DNA from: Octopus sinensis
Taxonomy: Eukaryota
DNA length: 64,000 bases
Assembly (NCBI RefSeq): GCF_006345805.1
Contig: NC_043004.1
Location: 30,318,001-30,382,000 of the forward strand
Direction: 5' to 3'
Shown here: piece after piece, positions 12,231-24,745 of the stretch
How positions within the stretch are numbered: position 1 is the stretch's first letter
How the letters are laid out: the number at the start of each line of letters is the position of its first letter
Position numbers and translations under genes: made by a program
Notes under the pieces: generated by a model
The model's input: the letters and a program-made list of their open reading frames with translations, nothing else
What the model was told of the DNA's origin: nothing
Database searches by the model: none

Positions 12231-12440
12231 CTCTCATGGGAAGTCTCATGCAACCACGTGGAAATCATGAGATGAGAGATGAATGAGCTGGCAGCTATAA
12301 AAGGGGCGATACTGCTACGCATGGGGAGGATGATGCTAGGAACTGTACAACATGGCCCTCAGAAGTGAGCAGTGTAAGTTGCAGTTATGAACATTCAATA
12401 TACTTTCCAATGAGTGAAACATAACCCATTGTGACCAGCA
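12158..12440 (+). mobile_element. Possible 3' LTR of the Gypsy remnant
   Basis: Follows the integrase end and a purine-rich stretch, begins TG and contains ctataaaagggg (TATA-like, about 12296). No matching 5' LTR found, so the call rests on position only. Confidence 0.33.
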
Positions 12441-13298
12441 GTGTACAGTAGAATTTGATGGTCTGGTCAATACTGTGATGTGTGTGTGTGTGTTTGCATA
12501 ATCCTATATGTGTGTATTCATTTAACAATGTCAATATTTTTAACCAAGCCACTGTTAAAAACATACTAAAGGCTAGATTTAAGAAAAAAGATAACCATGC
12601 TAAGATGTAAGGGAGTTTTAAATAAACAAATCTTCTAAGTCTGTCGTAATACAAAAATTATTATTATCTTAGTATTATGACTAAGTATTCATAGAATAAT
12701 GTCTTATGGTATTTTTGCAGATTATTTCTTTCAGAAATTTCTAACAACATTTGTTAAGAAAATAACAGGACGGTATGAACATTCATACTGGCAAGATTTA
12801 AAATCCATCATACTGATATGACACATGAACTTTAACATAATAACATGAAATATCAACTTTATCACACTAACATGAGATAACAACTTTATCATACTAACAT
12901 ATCAATTTTAATACTAACATGGCATACCAGTTTTTCATGCAAACTTGATATAAAGCTAATGTGACATATAAGCATTAATACCAAGGTGGCATCTGGACTT
13001 TAATGCTCTCATGAGGCCCTCAGTCAAACTGTCCAATCCATGCCAGCATGGAAAGCAGATGTTAAAAAATGACGATGATGATGATGATGATGTTGAAGAT
13101 ATATATATATATATACACACACAAACATATATATATATATATATGGAGAGAGAAAGAGAGAGAAACAAGTAAATCTAAGGATAAGCAAGTTAGGCAGGTC
13201 AATATACAAAGTATATTAAATACATCAACTACAAAAACGTATATCTGTTTACATACGAAAAGGTCTGACTTACATAGAATAGAAATGATATCAAGTAT

Positions 13299-14257
13299 TA
13301 AAGGGGTTGAAGAAAAGTATTACTTTTCTTCAAAGAGGTCAAATTGTTGGTGCTTGTATGGTAGGTGCTAGCATAACAAAAACAGTCAAAATGTTTGGTG
13401 TATCAAAAAGTACTGTCTCAAAAGTAATGACAGCCTTTGAGAAGGAAGGAAAAACCTCCTTGTTGAAACAAAACTCTGGAAGAAAACCAAAACTTTCAGA
13501 CACGGACTGCCGAACTCTTACATGAATTGTTAGAAAGGATTGCAAAAGTACAGCTCCTAAAATTATGGTAGAGTTTATGACCACCTTGAGAACCCTGTTT
13601 TCACAAAAACTGTTCACTGGGTGCTGCACAAAGCCAAATTTCATGGGAGGGCTATAATCAGAAAACCACTACTTTCAAAAACAAATGTTGCAGAACGCTG
13701 AGAGTAGAGTGGAAACCTACAGAATTGGTCCCTAAAGCAGTGGAAGAATGTTATTTTCTCAGATGAGTCATCCTTTACCCTATTTCTGACCACCAGCCGA
13801 GTATACGTGTGGAGACAGCCAAAAGAAGCATTTGAACCAAACTGCCTTCTTTCAACTGTTAAACATGGTTGAGGATCTATGATGATCTGGCGGGGCTATA
13901 TCTTGGAAATCTGCCAGCTCAATGGTTGTTACTGAATGGGAAAAGGAACATTCTAGTGAAGTTGAACATCTTGTCTGGCCACCACAGTCTCCATCTCTCA
14001 ATATTACTGAACATTTATGGTGCATTTTAGAAAAACAAGGAAGGAGCCAATATCCTCCACCATCATCACTACAAGAACTGGAGACTGTTTTAGCTGAAGG
14101 ATGGACAAAAATTCCTTTGGAAACAACTCAAACTTTGTACAAATCTATACCTTGTAGAATTCAAGTTATAATTACTGCCAAAGACAGTCGTACCCCATAT
14201 CAAAATAAATTTGTTTGAAATTTGAAGGTGTTTCCATTATTTTGTCCAACTCCTGTA
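13299..14257 (+). mobile_element. Defective Tc1-family DNA transposon
   Basis: QRGQIVGACMVGASITKTVKMFGVSKSTVSKVM (paired-like HTH), GRKPKLS, VIFSDES, TVKHG..SMMIWG and WPPQSPSLNITEHLW. Right TIR ggtgtttccattattttgtccaactcctg-TA at 14227-14257; a degenerate left-TIR match at 13299-13320. The segment carrying the second catalytic Asp (QDNA) is deleted; stops and frameshifts present. Confidence 0.9.
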
Positions 14258-14304
14258 TATATATATATATATATAATTACCCATACACACACACACACAC
14301 ACAC

Positions 14305-14359
<55 letters not shown>

Positions 14360-15087
14360 TATATATATAATTATATACATATAAATTAATACATCTGTCT
14401 TGTTTACACACTCGTCTTCATCTTATGTTTTTTTTTGTAATTCTCACTATATACATATATATGTATGCATATATGCATATGTGAGTGTGTGGGTGTTTGT
14501 CTCCTTGTTATTTAATCGCATGTAGTTGTAAATCATAAAATTGATGTCATTCATTTCGAATATTCTGCAAAAACAAGCCTGACCATGGGGAAGTATTACG
14601 TTGTTTGGAAATATTTGAGGGTTTATGACAGGAAGGGCATCCCCTCTGTTGGAAAATCTGGCTCAGTGAACTCTGTCTGACCCATGCAAGCAGAGAAAGT
14701 GGATATTAGAAATGAAATGAAGAAAATGAAGGAAGCTATGTATGTATGTGTACTGATGGTTACATCTCAATCAATGATGTATTTTGGGAAAATAATGAAC
14801 GTAACAATATACGAAGCAGAGCAGAGGGAGGAAAATCTATCAAATGCTGGTATACTGATGATGCTGAGTAAAAATGGAGAGAGGGAGAGAAGGAGGTGAA
14901 GGGAGGAGGGGGAATTGTTTGATCTATGTTGGCTGCTAGTTGTGTTTTCACAGTTATATATTACATATACACAAATTTATACATCCATAAGTTAACATAT
15001 ACATATGTGTGTATGCTTGTATACATTTTGTATATATTAAGTGTAAAAATAAAATCTACACATGTGCATATATGAGTGAGTGTATAT

Positions 15088-15119
<32 letters not shown>

Positions 15120-15276
15120 CACTCAGATATATAAAAATAAAATCTATACATGTGCATATATGAGTGAGTGTATATATATATATATTTATATATATATATA
15201 CACACACTCATATATGCACATGTATAGATTTTATTTTTACACTTAATATATACAAAATGTATACAAGCATACACAC

Positions 15277-15279
<3 letters not shown>

Positions 15280-15308
<29 letters not shown>

Positions 15309-15375
15309 ATGTATGTATATATGTATATATATATATATGTATGTATATATATATATATATGTGTATATATATGTG

Positions 15376-15446
<71 letters not shown>

Positions 15447-15500
15447 ATGTATATATGTATGTATGTATCTATGTATGTTTGTATACATACATATGTGTAT
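15280..15500. repeat. Compound (TA)n/(TATG)n microsatellite, representative of dozens in the window
   Basis: Other long arrays: (ATAC)n 7530-7610 and 41850-41985; (AAT)n(GAT)n 20093-20205; (ATCT)n 40210-40343; (TG)n 33690-33845; (CCTG)n 46915-46970; (TAG)n 63655-63697. Confidence 0.97.
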
Positions 15501-15899
15501 ATCAATACTTATAGATACAAAAATATAGATATGAATAAGCATGTAAATCCATTATCTTTCCAGCTAGGTTGACAAATCAAGATAACTTACTTGCCTCAGG
15601 ACATTGCAATAATGTTCGTATAATTTGATACAAACTAATGATGTATAATTTAAACATGCTTCCAGATAGAAGCTTGTGCTGGCATCTTATACATGCAGTC
15701 ATTGCTGCTTACCTGTAACTAGCAATGATAGTTTATATAATGGCTTTATATAATCATATAGATGTATGCCTTTATAGATGTATGCACTATGTTTTCTGTT
15801 CTGGTAATGAAAAGACTCTCGCAAAATATATCTGTGTGATTGAGGTGTTTTATAATAATGCATGTGTCTGAGTGCGTGTGTGTTATGCATGTAGGTATA

Positions 15900-15936
<37 letters not shown>

Positions 15937-16216
15937 TATGTATATGTGTGTATATATATGTAGATCCATAAATGCATGTAGCTATGTATATATATATATG
16001 TATATATATATATGTATATGTATATGTAATGCATGTATATGTATGTAGATATATTCATATATACATATATGTAAGTTCATATATATGTATTTTGCTAGTT
16101 TTTTGTTTCTTTATTTTCTTTCTCCATGCACACATATTGTTAAGCCATTGGTTTACAGTTGTATGTCCTTCCTGTTGCATTCATACATATGTAAAATATG
16201 CATGCATTTATAAATA

Positions 16217-16500
16217 TCATCATCATCATCATCTTCATCGTTTAACGTCCGTTTTCTGCGCTAGCACGGGTTGGACGGCTTGACCAGGGTCTGGGAAGCC
16301 AGGGGCTGCCCCAGGCTCCAGTCTGATCTGGCAGTGTTTCTACAACTGGATGCCCTTCCTAACGCCAACCACTCTGCGAGTGTAGTGGGTGCTTTTTACG
16401 TGCCACCTGCACAGGTGCCAGGAGAGTCTGGCATCGGCCACGATTGGTTGGTGCTTTTAACGTGCCACTAGCACGGGAGCCAGCCAAGGTGGCGCTGGCA
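16217..16500 (-). mobile_element. RTE-tailed SINE with (GAT)n tail
   Basis: On the minus strand ...ggcgttaggaagggcatccag...aacggacgttaaacgatgaagatgatg; same family as 18438, 20375, 56355 and 59005. Confidence 0.75.
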
Positions 16501-16504
16501 TATG

Positions 16505-16544
<40 letters not shown>

Positions 16545-16549
16545 TGCAC

Positions 16550-16771
16550 GCAAGGGTGTGCTGAAAAGTTCCTGACTTTAAGGGTATCATGACAGGCCTG
16601 GTTGGAGGCCCAAACTTCTGAGTTCTTTTAACAGGGTTTAGAAAAACTGAAGGACTGCTGCAATAAGTGTGTGAATCTGAAAGGGGAATATATTGAATAA
16701 AATCATAATTAACTGATGTTCCTGTATTTTCCTTTACCCAAAGCCAGGTACTTTTCAGCACCACCTCATTA
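16550..16771. mobile_element. Mariner-derived MITE
   Basis: gtgctgaaaagttcctgac ... gccaggtacttttcagcacc TIRs; body shared with 3456-3670. Confidence 0.75.
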
Positions 16772-16833
16772 TATATATACTTACATATATATGTGTGTAT
16801 ATACATATAAATTTATATATACACATAAATTTA

Positions 16834-16912
<79 letters not shown>

Positions 16913-16995
16913 CTATATATCTATATCTATATATATATATATATCTATATATCTATATCTATATCTATCTATCTATATATATATATATATATATA

Positions 16996-17442
16996 TTCTT
17001 TTATTCTTTTACTTGTTTCAGTCATTTGACTGTCGCCATGCTGGAGCAGCGCCTTTAGTCGAGCAAATCGACCCTGGGACTTATTCTTTGTAAGCCTAGT
17101 ACTTATTCTACCAGTCTCTTTTTGCTGAACCGCTAAGTGATGGGGACGTAAACACACCAGCATCGGTTGTCAAGCAATGCTAGGGGGATAAACACAGACA
17201 CACAAACACACACACACACATATATATATATATCTGTGTGATTAATTATAGCCCTTAATTATATGATATATATATACATATATACGACAGGCTTCTTTCA
17301 GTTTCCATCTACCAAATCCACTCACAAGGCATTGGTCGGCCTGGGGCTATAGTAGAAGACACTTGCCCAAGATGCCACGCAGTGGGACTGAACCCAGAAC
17401 CATGTGGTTGGTTAGCAATCTACTTACCACACATCCACTCCT
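16996..17442 (-). mobile_element. tRNA-derived SINE (OK-like), near full length
   Basis: Head tggtaagtag...ggttctgggttcagtccc (A/B-box-like), internal (TA/CA)n and tail ...actgaaacaagtaaaagaataaaaga; many sister copies in the window. Confidence 0.8.
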
Positions 17443-17659
17443 TAGAGGATATCGTTAAGGGATGGTTTTATCCAAGGAAATACTAGTTCAATACCTAGTA
17501 TTTTAGGGAATGAATTTTCTTAAAACAAAAGGTATATATAAAGCATATAGTTTGTAAGTACTTAAAAGAAGAAAAGAGAATGGAGATTAGGAAGTTAACA
17601 ATAATCAATTATTAACTTCCTAATATCCATTTTCTTTTCTTCTTTTATATATATATAAG

Positions 17660-18055
17660 TAGGTGCAGCAGTGGTTGTGTGGTAAGTAGCTTCCTTACCA
17701 ACCACATGGTTCTGGGTTCAGTCCCACTGCATGGCACCTTGGATAGTTGTCTTCTACTATAGCCTTGGGCCGACCAAAATGTTGTGAGTGGATTTGGTAG
17801 ATGGAAACTGAATGAAGCCTGTCATATATGTATATGTATGTATATGGTTGTGTGTCTGTATTTGTCCCTCCATCATCGCTTGACAACCAATGTTGGTGTG
17901 TTTACGTTCCAGTAACTGAGCCGTTTGGCAAAAGAGACTGATAGAATAAGTACTAGGCTTACAAAGAATAAGTCCTAGTGTCGATTTGTTCAACTAAAGG
18001 TGGTGCTCCAGCATGGCCATGATCAAATGACTGAAACAAATAAAAGAATAAAAGA
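17660..18055 (+). mobile_element. tRNA-derived SINE (OK-like), near full length
   Basis: Same head, core and tail as 16996-17442 in the opposite orientation. Confidence 0.8.
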
Positions 18056-18222
18056 AATTCCTGAAATCAATTGATATGTAATTGAACCTTCTATGAATCT
18101 TTTTCATTTATACGCCTGAGTTCAGCCTGTGTTTATTGTGATATTTTAAGGTACATTTGGCATCTTCTTCTAGCATGTGTTTAGCCTGTATAGTAGTTAC
18201 TCACTTGCCCTGAATGTAAATT

Positions 18223-18255
<33 letters not shown>

Positions 18256-18272
18256 TCAATATGCATACATTG

Positions 18273-18311
<39 letters not shown>

Positions 18312-18437
18312 TGTGTTCAGCAAAAATTTAGATTCAGATGACTATGGTACTTAAGTTGAGGCACTAGAATTTAGTACAGCATTATCCATACAATTTCAAA
18401 ATAAGGTGATTGCTTATTTTGATACATGTATATATAT

Positions 18438-18900
18438 ATCATCATCATCATCATCATCGTTTAGCGTCCGTTTTCCATGCTAGCATGGGTTGGACGGTTC
18501 AACTGGGGTCTGTGAAGCCAGAAGGCTTCATCAGGCCCAGTCAGATCTGGCAGTGTTTCTACGGCTGGATGCCCTTCCTAACGCTAACCACTCCGTGAGT
18601 GTAGTGGGTGCTTTTTACGTGCCACCCGCACAGGTGCCAGACAGAGCTGGCAAACGGCCACTAACGGATGGTGCTTTTTATGTGCCACCGGCACGGGGGC
18701 CAGACGAGGCTGGCAACGGACACGAATGGATGGTGCTTTTTACGTGCCACCGGCACGAGGCCAGTCGGGGCGGCGCTGGCAACGGTCGCGAAGGGATGGT
18801 TCTCTTACATGCCACCGGCACTGGTAACACATCTGCAATTTCCATTGATCGATTTCGATTCTGATCCTCACTTGCCTCACCAGGTCTTCACAAGTCAACA
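18438..18900 (-). mobile_element. RTE-tailed SINE with internal 45-60 bp tandem units
   Basis: (CAT)n end on the plus strand and repeated ggtgctttttacgtgccaccggcac units; continues into the 18-bp minisatellite. Confidence 0.75.
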
Positions 18901-19149
18901 GGTCTTCACAAGTCAACAGGTCTTCACAAGTCAACAGGTCTTCACAAGTTCAACAGGTCTTCACAAGTCAACAGGTCTTCACAAGTCACAGGTCTTCACA
19001 AGTCAACAGGTCTTCACAAGTCAACAGGTCTTCACAAGTTCAACAGGTCTTCACAAGTCAACAGGTCTTCACAAGTCAACAGGTCTTCACAAGTCAACAG
19101 GTCTTCACAAGTCAACAGGTCTTCACAAGTCAACAGGTCTTCACAAGTT

Positions 19150-19152
<3 letters not shown>
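18881..19152. repeat. 18-bp minisatellite (CAGGTCTTCACAAGTCAA) x15
   Basis: 15 tandem units counted directly; a 19-nt variant at units 4, 9 and 15, a 17-nt variant at unit 6. Confidence 0.97.
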
Positions 19153-19222
<70 letters not shown>

Positions 19223-19377
19223 TATATATATCGCGTTAAATGTTCATATGTTATCTTATCTCATGGTGCGATATGAACATTTAACGTGGTTTTTAGTGTC
19301 AGGGATTTGACTGCTATTTTGGCATGGTGGTGTCTATCAGACACCCTTATTTTTAGTTATATATATAGAGAGAGAAT

Positions 19378-19448
<71 letters not shown>

Positions 19449-19450
<2 letters not shown>

Positions 19451-19862
19451 GTGCAGACATGGCTGTGTGGTAAGAAGCTTGCTTCCCAACCATGTGGTTC
19501 CAGGTTCAGTCCCACTGCATAGCACCTTGGGCATGTCTTCTGCAATAGCCTCAGGCCAACCAAAGCCTTGTGGTGGGATTTAGTAGATGAAAACTGAAAA
19601 GAAGCCTGTCATATATATATGTATATGTGTGTGTGTGAGTGTGTGTCTTTGTGTCTGTGTTTGTCCCCTACCACTGCATGACAACCGGTGCTGGCATGTT
19701 TACGTTCCAGTAAATTAGTTGTATGACAAAACAGACTGATAGAATAAGTGCTAGACTTTAGAAAAATAAGTACTGGGATCGATTCATTTGACTAGAAAAT
19801 TTTTCTGATGGGGTGCCCCAGCATGGTTGCAGTCTAATGACTGAAACAAGTAAAAGATACAA
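19449..19862 (+). mobile_element. tRNA-derived SINE (OK-like)
   Basis: ggtgcagacatggctgtgtggtaagaagcttgcttcccaacc head through ...gactgaaacaagtaaaaga tail. Confidence 0.78.
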
Positions 19863-20092
19863 AAATATAAGGATATGGACTGGAAGATGTGGTGATTTGC
19901 TGTACCTGATAAGACACATGAAGCTAAGTAAAATCGCTATCTTCCACATATACAGGTTTGTCTTTCAGGTGCCAGTGCCACTTAAAAAGCACCCATACCA
20001 GTGCTGGTGCCACAGGAGATAGTTGGAGTCTGGACAACTCTCTGCTGGCCAGCTCCATGTCAAACCATCCAACCCATGCAAGGATGGAAAGC

Positions 20093-20190
<98 letters not shown>

Positions 20191-20790
20191 GGATGATGAT
20201 GATACCAATGGATGGATTGTACCAGTAATTTAATGGTACAACCTTCTCACTCAGAGTCACACTGATTTTGTCTGAGAATTTCATCAAGAGTACACATGTC
20301 TGCAGAATACTTAACCACTTATGTGCTAATTCAATGAATAAATAACTTCTAAATTGATCAAACAACTGAATACTCATCATCATCATCATCATCATCATTT
20401 AGCGTCCGTTTTCCATGCTAGCATGGGTTGGACGGTTCTACTGGGGTCTGTGAAGCCAGAAGGCTTCATCAGGCCCAGTCAAATCTGGCAGTGTTTCTAC
20501 GGCTGGATGCCCTTCCTAACGCCAAATAGGAAATTCTGACCAAGATCCGTTTATGGCTAATAATGGATCTCAGTCACAGTTTCTAATCGAATGTAGGTTT
20601 GTTTAATGCGTGCAATCAATGACATACTTCTAAAACCTGACTGTCTAAGTATATACTTTGGCCAAATGATAGAACTCCATCTACAGAAGTAATTTCTGTT
20701 GTTTCACATATCTTTACATATCTTCTCATTTCTTCACTCACTAATCAGGAGTGCTTATTTCATACAATCTTAAGAGAGAGAGAGAGAAAG

Positions 20791-20880
<90 letters not shown>

Positions 20881-21049
20881 AAGAGAAAAATACAGACAGG
20901 GAAGAAGAGAGCATAGCATATTTTTACTATAGAAAATGCAACAAATAAATTTGCATATCAGTTCATTCATTGACAATATGTATTAATTAATTAATGAAAG
21001 TACTGAAACAGTGTATTTATGGATAAACTATACATGATTTTTTGTTTAC

Positions 21050-21287
21050 TTTTTGTTTACTTGTTTCAATCATTTGACTGTGGCCTTACTAGAGCACTGC
21101 CTTAAAGGGTGTTAGTTGAAGAAATCAATGTCAGGGTTTATTCTTTGTAAGCCTAGTACTTATTCTATAAATTTCTTTTGTTAAACCACTAAGTTACAGG
21201 GACATAAATACACCAGCATCAGTTGTCAAGTAATGGCAGGGGGACAAACACAAAACACACACACAAATATATACATATATATGTGTG

Positions 21288-21336
<49 letters not shown>

Positions 21337-21510
21337 ATACACACACGGTGGGCTTCTTCCAGTTTCTATCTACCAAATCCACTCACAAGGCTTCAGTCAG
21401 CCCAAGGTTATAGTAGAAGACACTTGTCCAAGGTGCAACAGAGTGTGACTGAACCCAGAACCATGTGGTTTGGAAGCAAACTTCTTACCACACAGCCACG
21501 CCTGCACCTA
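21050..21510 (-). mobile_element. tRNA-derived SINE (OK-like)
   Basis: Reverse complement of the OK-like head at about 21505 and tail at about 21055. Confidence 0.78.
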
Positions 21511-21789
21511 TGTTTTTATTTAATAAATATATAATTACGTTTACCAAAAGAGGAGGAAACATGTTAATAGAAGAATTGCTGAGGAGATCACAGATGTGTG
21601 ACAAAAGATTTTCAGACAATGGACATATGATAAAATAAAAACAATCATCAATGAGTGACAAACGAATATATACTGTGTGTATTTGTTTGGGAAAAAAAGT
21701 AAAAAGACCATCCCCAAATATAGCAATAACTATATAACTATATAATTACAAAAACTCGAAAAGAAACCATGACATGTTGCAACATTAAG

Positions 21790-22520
21790 GTCAAATGTTT
21801 GCTGGGAATCCCCAGAATATCTCAGACAGACAGCCTCTGCTGGGACCAGAATGGACAGCTGTCTTGAAATATTCTTACCAGTGAGAAATACTAACAAAAT
21901 ACTAACAAGGAAACTAGCAGGGTCTGCCTCAAACAATGTCAGATTTTCTTATGATGTGACCAGCCAGGTGTGCTTTCGATCATGTGTCAGAAGACATGGC
22001 AGCCACTAAATATAAACCGTCATCATGCCAAGTTCACTGTGCAGATATTCTTAACTTCATCGTGGAATATGCTAATAGCTTTGGTTATTTGATTTATAGG
22101 AGTCATTTGACATGCATCACCATGTGGTGAACATGATCAACATTTTCCTCAGTGGTGGCAGTTGTAAGATGTCCAGACCTTGGGTCATCTTCATGACCCT
22201 CCGTTCCCCTCCCAAATTCAGCTGTACACTTTTTCACTGTTGATAAAGCTGGAGTATCATCCCCTAACATAGCAACCATGTCAGCATTAATGTTGTTAGG
22301 GGGCTAAACCCTTTTTCTGCAAATATTTTGATAATATGTTGATGCCAAATTTTGTCTATTTTGAAGAGAAGTCACTACTAGTAATTTTTGAAGTTTTCTT
22401 TGAACTGTCAGATGTTAGTTTACCTGGCAAGAAACACTGCAAAATTTAATGCATACAAGATTTCACAGTTCTAACCTCACTCCTTCATAATCAGTCCTTG
22501 AACTTTTCAGCCTACTCTCA
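21790..22520 (-). mobile_element. Mariner (Mos1/SETMAR-like) transposon 5' remnant
   Basis: Left terminus gagtaggctgaaaagttc at about 22520. Translation KYLQKKG..DMVAMLGDDTPALSTVKKCTAEFGRG..EDDPRSGH..TEENVDHVHHMV..WLPCLLT..ENLTLFEADPASFL matches the mariner HTH domains and WVPxxL linker; frameshifted and truncated in the catalytic domain. Confidence 0.88.
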
Positions 22521-24125
22521 TGCAAGTGTGTGAGGAGAGAGACAGAGTTGGTCTTAAAACTGAAAATTCATTACAATAATACTGTTTAAAACTACAACAA
22601 AATTTTGCTCCATTTGCATGGAGTCCAAACATGACATTATAACAAAGTTTCATTGTATCTATAACGATAAGAGTGTATAATGGTTTTTTAAGAATGAGTG
22701 TGAAATCAAAGAGAATCAAAAGAGAAAGAACAATTACAAACATGGAAAGTTTAGGGGCCATGGGAACTGAGAAAAGAACTGAAGGATACTTTTATAAAGA
22801 GAAAGGTCACTTGTTGTTGTGTTGCTTCTGTTCTGATCAAGAAAGCCTTGTTCAAAAGTGTTCCATCCATGGCCATCCTGTCTTGCACTCAGAACTTTCT
22901 TTGCTTAGAAAAGAGGGTTTAGCTTTTAAAAAAATTAGCTGCTATTTCAAAGAGGGCAAGTGACTTTATTGTCTAAAAAAGAAAATTTTATGACTAAGTA
23001 TAAAGTTTAGATGAAATTGAAATTGGAGGAAGGAAAGGTTAATTAGTTTCTGTAATTAAGTAATTTATCTTAAATTAGCTACTGGATTTTTTTGTGTTAA
23101 CAACGGTTTTTATGTTGTTTTTGGATGTTTATCAAATAGATATCACATGCTGCATAAATTTCGTAGATAAATACTCCAGTTTTTACTTACTAAGAAAAAT
23201 ATGAGAGAAATTTGTAGAAAAATTGCATCTTGGTTCAATTATAGATTAAATCACGGCCAATCATTTTGGAAATAAATAAAACAAACAAAATTTCTGTTAA
23301 TTTTCTTCTACATTTCAACAAAAACATTTTGAAAGCTTCCATACTGAAAGAGTTCAAAAATGAAAAGCAGAATAGTTCCAGAACGATAGAAAAAAAAAAA
23401 AAAAAAAAGAAATGGTAAATCTTTCTAATGTAAAATAAAAAGCTAATTATGTAGAAAGTGACGTGAAATTGGAAGTAATTTCTTTAAGAATGCTATCAGG
23501 AAAATAATTGTAATTATTTTGAATGTAGGAAAGTAAAGATAAATTATTAATTAGTGTATAGACTTTGCAAGTAATTATAAGAAAGTAGTGTAATATGTAT
23601 ATAAAACAGAAAAATTACAATGACAGCAAAATATTGCTGAGAAGACATGAGCATAATCACTGACAATTGCGAATGAGGCAAGAAAGAAAAAGGATGTGTG
23701 AGGTGAAAAACCTACAAGAGAAATGGTAATGATAGAGGAAGAGTGAATTCTAGAACAAATATGAAATTATTAAGCAAGGTATAATTCTAAAGAGATGGTG
23801 GTTCTGTGACGAATATTACCAAGTGTTTACATTTTCAGTCATTCATTTCTTGATTCTTGATTACAATGAAGGTGACTATGCCTGAGAATTCTTGTAGCAG
23901 AGTGGCTCTTTAGTATTATGAGAAACTATCAAGACAAGCAAATTTTAAATGATTCTAGGGGCAGTAATGTTCAGCAGAGTATCTCAGCCTTAACAAACAT
24001 CAAGCAGTTGAAACATAGAATGTTTCCAAATAAAAATGCCAGTTTTTCATAGCTTTAAACAAGATAATTTGATCTCAGTACTACATAATGAAACCTACTA
24101 GTTATATATATGTACACTCCTGTTA

Positions 24126-24513
24126 GTGGAGGCGCAATGGCCCAGTGGTTAGGGCAGCGGACTCGCGGTCATAGGATCGCGGTTTCGATTCCCAGACTGG
24201 GCGTTGTGAGTGTTTATTGAGCGAAAACACCTAAAAGCTCCACGAGGCTCCGGCAGGGGATGGTGGTGATCCCTGCTGTACTCTTTCACCACAACTTTCT
24301 CTCACTCTTACTTCCTGTTTCTGTTGTACCTGTATTTCAAGGCGCCGGCCTTGTCACTCTCTGTGTCACGCTGAATATCCCTGAGAACTACGTTAAGGGT
24401 GCACGTGTCTGTGGAGTGCTCAGCCACTTACACGTTAATTTCACGAGCAGGCTGTTCCGTTGATTCGGATCAACCGGAACCCTCATCGTCGTAACCGACG
24501 GAGTGCTTCCACC
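24126..24513 (+). mobile_element. Full-length tRNA-derived SINE (OR-like) with 12-bp TSD
   Basis: A-box TGGCCCAGTGG, B-box-like GTTTCGATTCC, CpGs retained; exact TSD acactcctgtta at 24114-24125 and 24514-24525. Confidence 0.88.
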
Positions 24514-24525
24514 ACACTCCTGTTA

Positions 24526-24745
24526 CACACTAGCTGGTTATTAGATAGGTACACTGTACTTCAACACTCCCTAGTTATAGATTCATTACACTTCCACTCT
24601 TCTTAGTTATACGTACACAACACTACTACACTATGCAACCACATTTCCTAGTAATGGATAAGTACAATACGCTACAACTATCCCATTTCCTAGTTATGGG
24701 TAGATACACTACACTGCGGCTACCTAGTTATGGTTACACTAGAGT
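24526..24745. repeat. Degenerate tandem repeat (about 35-45 bp units, core cctagttatgg..tacactacac)
   Basis: Recurrent ctagttat motif at irregular spacing; one more unit lies left of the SINE (about 24095-24125), so the SINE inserted into this array. Confidence 0.6.

Noticed and set aside
15056-15572. Many long ORFs rich in YIYI, CVCV, poly-I, poly-M or poly-T (also 33506-33927, 39986-40360, 45731-46071, 59595-59777, 63740-63977)
   Set aside because: They are translations of (TA)n, (TG)n, (ATAC)n, (ATCT)n, (AAT)n and (GAT)n microsatellites that lack stops in some frames; no coding signature.
18205-18209. Apparent 5-nt microexon on the minus strand (ttcag|GGCAA|gtgagt)
   Set aside because: It would shift the frame between the phase-1 flanking exons, and such motifs arise by chance in AT-rich DNA.
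18668-19276. 202-aa ORF with QVFTS/STGLHK repeats, and CRISPR-like appearance of the 18-bp array
   Set aside because: The ORF is produced by the minisatellite; units abut with no unique spacers, there are no cas genes and the context is eukaryotic.
19234-19286. 16-bp perfect stem hairpin (similar small one at 20530-20585)
   Set aside because: Too short and AT-rich to separate from MITE debris; no second copy or RNA-family motif seen.
23255-23343. Alternative phase-1 signal-peptide-like exon on the minus strand (MEAFKMFLLKCRRKLTEILFVLFISKMIG)
   Set aside because: The acceptor is good but the donor is weak (GCC|GTGATT) and the hydrophobic core short; the 49474 exon has a GTAAGT donor and a better signal peptide. 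Only junction reads could revive it.
24128-24205. tRNA-like sequence (Arg-like, TCG) with A and B boxes; also 61975-62052
   Set aside because: No proper acceptor stem, the T-arm is altered, and it continues into a SINE body flanked by a TSD.
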